A stretch of 64,000 nt of DNA from Haliotis rubra (taxonomy: Eukaryota): the NCBI RefSeq assembly GCF_003918875.1, contig NW_025765122.1:62001-126000 (forward strand). Direction: 5' to 3'. A program made the translations under genes and the position numbers. Below, piece by piece: positions 37,120 to 48,800 of the stretch (positions are counted from its first letter, which is position 1; each line of letters starts with the position of its first letter). The notes under the pieces were generated by a model. That model made no database searches. It was not told the origin of the DNA and saw nothing but the letters and a program-made list of their open reading frames with translations.

Positions 37120-39414
37120 ATCCAACTTGGGTCCATGCAGGTATCAAAGGTACTGTAAGTCCCCATGGTCCCTAGTATGGTGATATAACTTCAGTTGTTG
37201 GCGATCTATAGCCTATTTTTATATTGTGTTGTCCCCTATAGTTAGAATGTTTTAGATTTACTTACCAGTTTTACATGTATATCTGCGATATTCTAGTTGT
37301 TTTACTGTCCTTCGTCGATAGGTTTTTACGTTATACATTTATTGATTTGCATATTGATATCAACTGTTCTCGTCACGATATGGCTGCAATATTGCCGATG
37401 TGACGTTAAATTTGAACTCACTCACTCACTCACTATGGTTGCAACCTACATGACTCGACCTTAGTGCTTCCTGACTGAACTGAACCGAAGTGGTTCTTAT
37501 TGGATTTTAGTTTAAACATATGTTATATTTGGAATTACGATTTCTTATTAAAGTACAGATTCTAGTACTTTTTAAAGAAAGAGGTTTAAATGGGTTTGTA
37601 AGAAAGTGTAATCCCAACTATAGCACATGTTACATTCACCACTTTCTAACTGGCATGATGTATTCAGAGGGGTACACAAAGTCTGTGGTCTGGACTACCA
37701 GTTGTCCGACTTCCATTTTTTGTGGAAGCCGCGGTGGCTGAGCGGGTTAGGTGTCTGACTTTGTGTACTGACTCTCAGGGTGTGGGTTCTAATGCCGGAT
37801 GGAACTCGACCCGACAAAAACTACTAGAATCTGTACTTTACTATGGTGACATTTATCGTATCTTATGCTAACAGGAGTGAGTGAGTGTGTGAGTGTGTGA
37901 GTTAGTGAGTATGGTTTTTCGCCCCTTTTAGCAATATTTCAGCAATATTTCAAAGCGGGGAACGCCAGGGATGGGCTTCACACAATGTACCCATGTCGGG
38001 AATCGAACCTGTGTCTTCGGCTCGACGAGTGAACGCTTTGACCACAAGGCAACCCGACCGCCTCTTACAAACAGGAACTTCCTAACTAGTGCGCACCAAA
38101 CCATTTCATACCTGCTAGTTAATAGCCCAGAGACATACTATACAACTGGAATAAGCCAGTGTGGTCGTAGTGGATTCTGCTCAGACAGTAGCTAAATACT
38201 CTCTCAGAGCTACCAGTATCACCCCCAGTGTTTTCGGGTTGAAGACTGTTAAAATCACTTCGGAGCGAAAAAGCCCAAAGACAATCTCAAGATGATGTGC
38301 AGCCATCATGAAGCTGCTCATGAAGAAGGACGGTGGGGTAGCCAAGTGGTTAGACCCTTCGTTAGTCACGCCAACACTTGTAAAATGTGTAACGCCCATG
38401 TCTGAGGCATATTGCTAATATATTTTGTTTGTTCCGCGATACTTTAACACATAATATAGGCAAACTGTGGCATCGATCGCGTCCCCTTTCATTCAAACGT
38501 TTGTAAAGACTAGAAAAAGAAAACATTAGGATGCGGTCTTTTGTTCCAAAGCCAGTCTGGACACATTTGGTCATCCAATATCCACTTTTTATTCTGTATA
38601 GTTCCATTCGTGTTTAACGCCACATTCAGGGTTATTCCGATTTTATGATGTGGGCCCAAAAACAACGGAGCCTGGACCAGATAGTCCAGTGATTGGGATC
38701 ATGTACTCATATTGCATTATTCCACGCTGTCAACCACGTCACTAAATCTGACAGAATGAAAATTATTGTATTGGTTTTGCTGGAATAAGAAATATCTCTA
38801 CATCATAATTAATAAACAAAAAGATTAAAAAAACGAACTTGCTGACATTACATTTTTAAGAATATGAAATGAATCCTGATAATTATTAGGTATGCAAATA
38901 ATATCAATTGATAGTTTTTAGAAAACTGTTTTTGCGTTTGGGAAATTGAGATGTGTACATTGCGTAACGATTTAAGTGTGAAAATATGCTAAAAATTATT
39001 TATGGCGTGAAAGTTTAGTATACCGAAACACTAAACACAACATGTCAAACATATGTCGCACGATACATCGGTAATCATTCAGAGCATTGTTAAATGAACC
39101 AGTCACAACATAGGGGGCATGTCCACACTTATTATTGACTTAAGAGAGTCACGGCTGAAAGTGCACTTGAGGGAAAATGCCACCAGAATAAAAGCAGGTC
39201 TTTGGCCCACACCACAAGCACCGCCAGAATAAGAGCCTGTGTAGTAAACTTAGGGTCAATATTATTCGTTAAACTGCTATACTGAGTCGGTATGTGCGAA
39301 TGTCAGCTTTCGCGATTCGGTAATCTGTATTCTGAATGGTCAATTCAAAAGGTTAGCTGTCGCGACCTTCTACAAGGGTTTGTTAGACTGGGTCATTGGT
39401 CCACAAAACTTGCA

Positions 39415-39632
39415 CTTCCAGATTGAGAGTAGTTCTTTGGCCCACACCACATGCACTACCAAATTAAGAGCGGTTCTTTAGCCCACGCTTCATGCACTAC
39501 CAGATTAAGAGCGGTTCTTTAGCCCACACTCCATGCACTACCAGATTAAGAGCAGTTCTTTAGCCCACACCCATGCACTACCAGATTAAGAGCAGTTCTT
39601 TGGCCCACACCACATGCACTACTAGATTAAGA
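39415..39632. repeat. ~40-bp minisatellite, ~5 copies (degenerate units at 39180-39236)
   Basis: Unit GCAGTTCTTTAGCCCACACTCCATGCACTACCAGATTAAGA. Confidence 0.9.
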
Positions 39633-41259
39633 AGAGAAGTGGCAGAAAGTCACATTTTATACAAATTTTCAACATATGGCACAGATATCCAAATAGAGTA
39701 GAACAACATAAGTTTACAGTGATGCATTAAATGGAACAGCTAAATACATTATTCTACCGTTACTCTACAGGTTACATTAAAAAATAACATGACACTATGT
39801 ATATTATACAGGGAACTTGAACACACCTGTCACTCACAATCATACTTACGGGATGGTGCCTTGCCTTGGCTTTTCAATTAGTAATCTCGTGCAGCGCAAT
39901 GCCAGATAATTCACAATAGGGTACATGTAATATTTTGATTCTACAGTCGCGTGTCCTATACTAATGATCATAGTGAGTATCAGCTTACCATACAGAAAAG
40001 AGATAAATTAATGTACATAGTACTACATACCTGTAAAAGGTGAGGTGAGGTGAAATTGGGTTTTACGTCGTGCTTGAGAATATTTCGCTCATATGATGAC
40101 GTGCATGCGTGTGTATGTGTGTATGTGCGGCTGCTTGTACTAGCCCAGACTGAAGCTGGTTTTATAGTGCTAGCCCACTGAGATACCATGCCGCAGTGAA
40201 GCATGAATACCCCACTCAGACACATTATACTGACTCCGAGCCGACCAGTCCTTGTTGTACCCATTAATGCCGAGCGCCAGGCAGAGACCAACAAGTACCA
40301 TATTTTAACGTCTTTTGGTATGACGCGGTCGGGGAAACCTGTGAAAGAGACATCAGTGTTTGGTGATGTGCGGACGAGCGGAGACAACAGTTATTGTTTC
40401 TCCTCTCTGTATGTTGTGATAGAAACTGACATCTGAACGTTTCCACGTCACATCTCAGGTATGTGCACGAGATACTACTGGTAAGACAACCAGGCGGAGG
40501 GTGAGAGCAGAGGGAGGGAGAGAGTTGAGTGACAGCAGAAGCGTACGTAAAAGGAACTAGACGAAACTGAAATAAGTCTTAGTTAAGTCGTACTAACGCA
40601 TCCGGCGACACAACAAGTAATTATAAACCCAATAACTTGTCCTTAGTTGTGGCAGTGTCCAAATGAAATTCAGAACGGTTACCGTGAATTTATACATGAA
40701 ACATCCGTGTCAAGGCACGCAAAAAATATTTTTGCATGTGACCTGGACTCATATTTTAGGTATGATTGTGGCAACTGTGACCTAATTCCTATGCATTCTG
40801 CGTCAAAGTTTTGCAGCTACATACATGTGATGTTAAATACAATATCAGTTTGTGTCATTATTTATTATCAAATGAATAAGATAATGTTTTAAAATGTCAG
40901 TAGACATCCATATCCATATCTGATAATGGAGCATGATACAGTTTCTGGAAAGAGTTATGAAGGCGTTTCTGATCCACATATCATATGGAAAAGGTGTTTA
41001 TTAGAAGCACGAATTTCTGATCCGAAAGCCCTCATTATGGGTGTGTGTGAAGCCCTCATTATGGGTGTGTTGTGTGTGTTAAAATGATTTGGGGTGTTCT
41101 TTACTGCCATCTTTTTACGTAACTCATATTCTGACCCTTCTCCCATTCCGCAAATGTAGTTTCTGTGTGACAATATTTCATGCCCCTACCCAAAACAGAA
41201 GACCAATCCATAAATAGGGTGCATGGTTTAATTTGTTTAATGTGCTCCGTCCCCTTTAA

Positions 41260-41430
41260 AGGGCGGTGGGGTAGCCTAGTGGTTAAAGCGTTGGCTCGTC
41301 ACGCCGAAGACTCGGGTTCGAATCCCCACATGGGTACAATGTGTGAAGCCCATTTCTGGTGTCCCCCACCGTGATGTTGCTGGAATATTGCTAATAGCGG
41401 CGTAAAACCAAAACTCAGTCAGTCAGTCAG
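41260..41430 (+). mobile_element. ~170-bp tRNA-SINE; other copies 13119-13288(-), 29877-30027(-), 34168-34255(-), 37876-38062(-), 48046-48216(+), 48872-49026(+), 54063-54201(+), 58920-59105(+), 61335-61487(-)
   Basis: GGGGTAGCCTAGTGGTTAAAGCG..GGGTTCGAATCCCC head and (CAGT/CACT)n tail. TSDs TCCGTCCCCTT, TCTATGTTCTT and GTGATAGGGTTT. Confidence 0.9.
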
Positions 41431-42723
41431 TCCGTCCCCTTTCCTACCTGTCTCGTTGTGAAAAGAATAGAGGGACAACCGTCTCTCTGTCAATCTTTCA
41501 AGCGGTAACCCCTCATACACGCAGACACATACAGGCACGCATACACACACCTATAAAATGAATATAACAGGCCTTGAATGCAGTACTTATCGTTAAATTA
41601 TGCCGTTGTAATCCATTGTTTTCTCAACAGTGATGGAACAATTGTGAAATTTGTCTGTAACTTATTAAAGGCCCCTTTATCTGAAATAGCCATATAGTCG
41701 CTGTATTTGAAATGTCGCTGTAGATTGAGCAATGTGACCAGCTCGTCAATGACAAACACGCTGGTAGTGGTGAGTACACTTTTTCATTAAAGTCACCAGA
41801 TCAATATATCACCCTGCAACAGTTTACAAACAAATAATTGGACAGCGAAATAATCAATCCGTATGAGAATTGTTCAATATAATAGCAAATAGGTGTCAGA
41901 TAATCATCTTGTACAGGTTGCATTCATTAAAATATCTACATATTCATATTCTACAAATACATACACTACAGTCAAAAGATTCATACAGTGAAGTGATGCA
42001 ATGGAAAACGATAAACCTTTCCCATTTATGGAATGGAGTTTAATTATCTCTTCCCTTCACAAAATTGCAAAGGCATACTCTAAAAATGCACAATGACAAA
42101 TGTTATGCTATAAATGAATAGTTTATTAATTATATATTTATAGTTTTGTTCAAACATCAAGAACAGCCGTAACGAAAAACCATTAGTAGGGAGAATCTTG
42201 AGATTTGAACCCACGATCATTGGAGCCTATTTGACTTTTGGAGCGCACTACTGCACGAGTAAAAATATCCTGAGCTTTAAATGAAAGTGCCTCCCTGTAT
42301 CCCTTGGACAGATAGTGGACAATGGCCGGAACACTGAATGAACAGCAAAATTGCTAAAAGCGGGGTAAACTAAACCCACTCACTCCCTGCAGAATGCGCG
42401 ATTGTTTTTTAACAATACCATATATAATAACGATCGGCTTCTTCTTGTGATTGAAAAATACATCAACATTTTTTCATGTAGCAGGCAAATTGCAAAGTTC
42501 ATGTGGATAAAAACAGTTTCATTTGTTATACACAATCGAACGAAAGACAATTTGAAAAATCGTGAAGTGGCGACAGGTTCGGCTGTTTGTCCCCTGCGCT
42601 TACCCAGCCTCGTTTTGAGCATTGATATGACGTCACCAGGATTTCCCTTCGCAGCAAGGGGATTCCCCGATGTCCTTGGACTTTGCTTGGGTTCAGAGTT
42701 CAGACTAAACGCAGGCAGCAATC

Positions 42724-42870
42724 ATGGATCGTCTGAACGTAGTGTTTGGCCATTTGAGCTCGTCGGTGACGACACACGATGTGGCAGCATCAGCAAACTC
42801 TGCGGACGACATCGTTGTTGTACAAGCGTTGAGGACTCCGATAGGAAAAGCAAAAAGGGGGTCATTTAAG
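42724..42870 (+). CDS. ACAA1: ACAA1 exon 1 (PTS2 signal)
   Basis: [33 protein letters not shown]|GTTTGT. Confidence 0.93.
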
Positions 42871-45800
42871 GTTTGTTTTTTGCACCTGTATCATCAGTTA
42901 CTAAAAAAATGCAAAGTCATTAACAGAGACCATATACCATAGACCGATATATGATCTCAGTCATTAATGAGATTGTTGTCAGTGATTTGCAAAATGGACA
43001 TTGTCTTTTGTACTGTAAACATGTTGTATGTATATGTTCTGAACCATTGCTTACTAAAGGCGGAAGTTATTTTGTAAAAATGTTCAAAATGAAACGTGTC
43101 AAGTCGGAGATGGTATCTTAGACCACATCAGTATATATGTATATATTTATTTCTATCATGGTCGTAATTATAGAATGTGTTCTTTTAACTTGGCTACATG
43201 TGTCACTTATCGTCAATACCAAAAGGGATGATGTAAATCCTGCTGGGGCCCATGCAGGTAGCAAAGGTACTGAAAATCCCAATGGCAATGGTCCAGCAGA
43301 GACCATATACTAGTCTATTATATATGGTCTCTGGATCCAGTAAGCGGCCTTTAGGCCCAAAAAAATAAATGTTGTGGTTCCGATTTCCTACATTTCAGAA
43401 CTAGGGTAGGTAGGTAGTTTTTTTTGTTTTTATTGCAAAATATTTTTACATTACTCATGTGTCAGAAAATAAATTTAATTTATTATATGGTGAGTAAAAT
43501 TGTTAGGCTGAGCAGGAATATTTAGGGTCGGTCGGGAAATCGGAACCACAAGGGGTTTTTTAGGCCTTAGTAGTTGGGGACGAACAGCCTGTTTTTATCG
43601 CTGTCTCATTAAAACATGATCTTTTATGATTATGTATAACTATAACAACATGTGATAATCATAATGTAGTTATTTTACTGTCCATTGATGACAGTATGTT
43701 ATGTCATAATGTATTAATGTGTATATTATTATTGTCCATGTTTAATTACCTAGCCATCATATATATGTGTTTTACCTATATCTGTGATAAAACCATGAGT
43801 GTAAATGAAATTTTGAGTGTTATGTGGAGGATCATATATGGAGGATATCACCAGATATCAGCCCCACCGAAGTCTCCGATCTGAAAAGCCTGGTCTTCTT
43901 GTTGTCCCACGCTTTAAGTCCAGTACCAGGTTTGGGGATCGATCATTTCAGGTGGCAGGACCCACTCTCTGGAATCATCTTCCACTGGAGCTAAAGACAA
44001 TAAACAACCTGAAGATTTTCAAATCCAAACTGAAGACATACCTTTTTAAGAAAACATACAGTGTCTAACTTTTCTTTCTTGAGCTGTTCGGAGAGCGAGT
44101 GCTACTGAGCAGTACCCCAGATAGCATTCAGATGTTGGCCCAACGTTGGGCCAACGTCCGAATGCTATCTGGGTACTTTTGGACTGGAATTGGCGCTATA
44201 TAAATGTTTTCATGATGATGATCATCATCATATTACATTTTGTCATTACCATCACAGTATGTCACTTGTAATTGATTAACTGATCAAGTTCTGGCATTAA
44301 TGATGTGTATGATATCCATGACTGAACCTGTAATTTCAGGACACCTATGCAGATGAGCTGCTATCACACGTGTTCAAGGCTGTGATAAAGGATGTCGGGG
44401 GTGAATCCTGCAGACATTGGCGACATATGTGTTGGTATGTGGAGACAGAGGAAGTGAACTAGTTTGTTCCATCTCACATTATATCAGTTTCTGTCACTGA
44501 AACAGACCAAGGGTGCTGCAGGAGACATGCTGTCCTTTAATAAGGCTTTTTAGACTGTGGTTAAGTGTAAATATGATATATCTGGGATTACAGACTTTGC
44601 TGACTTTGTGTGCTGGCGATTTGGTGCCTGTCTGTGAGTCTTGGTTCGAATTCCGGTTGGGACTGAACCCCAACAAGTATAGAATTTGAACTTAACTGAG
44701 AAAGCGCAACCCCAAATAGAACATATTGCATCAAACCACTTTGTAAAAGGCATTGTGTGTTCTTATAACTTTTGGCCATGCCAGTAAACACTTATAATAA
44801 TAATAATAATAAAATGGATATTTTTAGCGTGCCATTTTCCACCCACTGATACATGCTCAAGGCGCTACATAAAAGCATACATACAATGCATACAGAGGAT
44901 AAAATAGCAAAATAAGAATACATTGAAATTGATGACAGAAAGATTGATTTTAGGGATAGGCTTTGAAAAAAAAGAAAGTCTTCAACTTAATTTTGAAAGT
45001 TTCCAATTTGGGGGACTGCTTTATGTGGAGAGGGAGAGAATTCCACAGAGTAGGACCAGCGTACTGGAAAGACCTCTTGCCAAAGGAAGAAAGGAAAACT
45101 TTGGGAATGGAGAGAAGACATTGTCTTGAGATCTGAGAGTTATAAGAGTTAGATGTACACAAAGTGATATCAAGACCTCAAGCTGTCAGACATTCTCTTT
45201 TTATAAAGTCTGCAGAGGTTGAGTGGGTTAGATTGCTCACCTTGTGAGATTCAGATTTTGTGCCTCACTCTGAAAGTGTAGGTTCCATTTCTGATGGGAC
45301 TTACACCCGATACATTACAAGGATGGTACTTTTCTAAGAAAATGGAAGGCCTAACAAAAAAATGTTGTGGTTCCGATTACCTGATTGACCCTTGAATTCT
45401 GGTGCCAACCCTATTTTATTTAAGCGGTATGAATAAATGGTGGCCATTAGCTTCACTAAATAAACAATTACACATTGATAAATGTGTTATTAGTTTGTAC
45501 TTTACTTCTAAAAAAAATTTTTAAAAAAAAATCCTACCTACCTACCCTAAATTATAAAGAGCTGTAATCGGAACCACAACATTTTTTTTATTTGGCCTAA
45601 TCCCAAATATGTTACATGTCCATCAGAAGCTGATATTCTATTTCCATAATGACAATGTCCAAGTGACTTAGTTTCAAGGAAACTTACTTGATGTACAGAT
45701 ATTCCAGCGTCTGTTTTACTTTGTCTCACTGTCTAAGCATCTGTGCTGCTGCTTATAAGTTTCTATGAATGACTGCTGTGTTTTGGATAGTTCTCTGTTT

Positions 45801-48800
45801 GCATCAGTGATATCCTGTTTCCATTCATCAGGCACAGTGCTGGAGCCAGGGTGTAACACAGCCAGATTCGCACAGTTTTACAGGTGAGTTTCACAGGGAG
45901 ACATATGGGAGCAGGTTTTACAGGTGAGTTTCACAGGGGAGCAGGTTTTACAGGTGAGTTTCACAGGGGAGCAGGTTTTACAGGTGAGTTTCACAGGGAG
46001 ACATATGGGAGCAAATTTTACAGTTGAGTTTCACAGGGAGCAAGTTTTACAGGTGAGTTTCACAGGGAGCAAGTTTTACAGGTGAGTTTCACAGGGAGCA
46101 AGTTTTACAGTTGAGTTTCACAGGAAGCAAGTTTTACAGTTGAGTTTCACAGGGAGCAAGTTTTACAGGTGAGTTTCACAGGGAGACATATGGGAGCAAA
46201 TTTTACAGTTGAGTTTCACAGGGAGCAAGTTTTACAGGTGAGTTTCACAGGGAGCAAGTTTTACAGGTGAGTTTCACAGGGAGCAAGTTTTACAGTTGAG
46301 TTTCACAGGGAGCAAGTTTTACAGGTGAGTTTCACAGGGAGCAAGTTTTACAGTTGAGTTTCACAGGGAGCAAGTTTTACAGTTGAGTTTCACAGGGAGA
46401 CATATGGGAGCAAGTTTTACAGGTGGGTTTCACAGAGAGCAGGTTTACAGGTGAGTTTCACAGGGAGACACAGGAGTGCAAGTCTTAGAGGTAAGTTAAT
46501 ATTTGTTAGTGTGTTTAACCTTTAGCCTGCTGAATTAATTTCAGCATAAGGCGTTGTAAAGAGGGTGGGTGATCTCAAACAATTGGTGTGTCATTAAATA
46601 AGGGACAACTGAAAAAATATTTGGCACATTAATACTAGAAAGTCAATGATTCTTCACTTGCAGTGGTATTCCTGAGACTGTGCCATGTACATCTACCAAC
46701 AGACAGTGTTCATCCGGACTGCAGGCGTTCATGAATGTGGCAGGTGATAAACCTTCACTCATACAGTTTGTTTGTTGTGTGTGTTTGTATAGCAATATCT
46801 CAGCTATATAATAATAATCAAGTCCAGACAATGCAGTGATTGATATCATAAGCATCAAGCTACACAACTGAGATATGATGACATACATCAACCTAGTCAA
46901 CGAGTCCTGACCACCCGATCCCGTTAGTCACCTCTTACGACCTCAGTCTCCAGAGTCACTTGTTCATATTAATAAATAAATACCAGCCCCTACTTACACC
47001 ATCACCAGCCCCTACTCACACCAGCCCTTTCTCACACCAGTTATCTCCCATTAGTTAGACAGCCAGTTGTTAGACAGTGGAAAGGGTATTAATTAAGACA
47101 ACACCCACCTCCATAATGGTACAGCTCTAATTAAATTGATGAGTAGAGTGTGCCCGTAGTTAATCTGTTCATGTTGTACTACCCCGTTGCCGAAATACCT
47201 TAGTTGTGTGTGCGTCGCTAAATAAAGCAAATAACTAACTACTAACCTTGATATATCAGCATGGCTGGGTTACGCAAAGTCGAAAATATCATATTGCAGA
47301 TAGGCACTCAACAAATACTTAATAAAATTTGTATTATGCAGTAATGTAAATGAAATGCACCTACAAATTCCTTTAAATGACTCCAAGACCATTGCCCGAG
47401 TCACACACTCATATTGAGTGAATTGTCAACATAATTTTTTGGGGGTATAGTCTGGGCTGGAGGGGTATACTTTGGCCTGGTCCAGAATACACCCCCGGGG
47501 TATAAACTGGGCTAGCCTATAGTTTACCCCGGGGTATAATCTGGTGGGGGGTTATTCTGGGCTGCTACACCGGCATGGGTTGGTGAAGACCAGTTCTAAC
47601 CGGGATCTTCACAGGGCACTCATTCAGTTTCCATAAACCAACATTCCTCCCTTTTCAGTCAATTGCAGACTATAGTAGTGCAATCTCAAAAACAGCCTAT
47701 ACTCTACAGCAGTCATGAAACTATTTATTGACTATCTATGAAATGTGAAGGTTTTACTGTTAAAGAGTGTCTGAACTTTTAGGTTTGTATTCTGTTCAGT
47801 GTTCAGCAATCAGTAACATGTTTGTCTGTTACAGGGAGTATCCGGACTGGACAGTGTGACGTCGGACTGGCTGCAGGGTGAGTGGTTGTCCTTCAGAAGT
47901 GTGACTCGCAAAATGAGCGACTGCTTTAACTGGGTGATATAATTCATTCTTTCACTTACAAAGTCCACATGTATAACATGCTTTGTGATGTATACATCTT
48001 GCTGCCATGTTAGAATGCTCCGATCTGATTGATCTCTATGTTCTTGGGGGCGGTGGGGTAGCCTAGTGGTTAAAGCGTTGGCTCGTCACGGCGAAGACCC
48101 GGGTTCGAATCCCCACATGGGCACAATGTGTGAAGCCCATTTCTGGTGTCCCCTGCCGTGATGTTGCTGGAATATTGCTAGAAGCGGCGTAAAACCAAAC
48201 TCAGTCAGTCAGTCAGTCTATGTTCTTGATGACATGCCATATATCCTGCCTTGGAGTGAAGTATATTTCTGAGCTGGAGAATAAATTCCTTATACCCTAC
48301 CATCATGAAAATAGGCTTCATTTGGATTTCTGATTGGGAGAATATATCCTTATACCCTGCAATGAAGAAAAGAGCCACACATCGTTCCAAGCCAATGAAC
48401 TTCACGTGATACAGCACAAATTAACCTCAGCTAAATCGTACAGCAGTTTTCTATCAATATTTAGTTTATATTTATTTTTTGACAATGACAGACTGAGACA
48501 TGTCAGCAAGATGTAGTTGTTGTCGCAGTATCACAAATGTAGCAGAGCGCTGAGTCATCCCACATCTATACCATGTCAGTTTGCTGACGGAGTTAACCTC
48601 TTCGGTCATGTTGACCACAGGCCCTCGTGTCTTTGCGAGGATTAAAGATTTTATAAAATATATACAAAAATTTGAGATGACAACCGACTCGAAATGCTTC
48701 ACAGTATAATACATTATGATGTATTGTACTGTGGAGCATTTCAAGTCGGGGGTCATCTCAAAAACAATATTTTTTAATCATTAATCCTCGCAAAGACACG

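Noticed and set aside
39846-40040. Minus-strand exons divergent from ACAA1
   Set aside because: Splice-like motifs exist but no recognisable protein can be assembled.
42402-42869. 155-aa ORF overlapping the ACAA1 start
   Set aside because: Different frame from the thiolase, non-ATG start and no recognisable domain.
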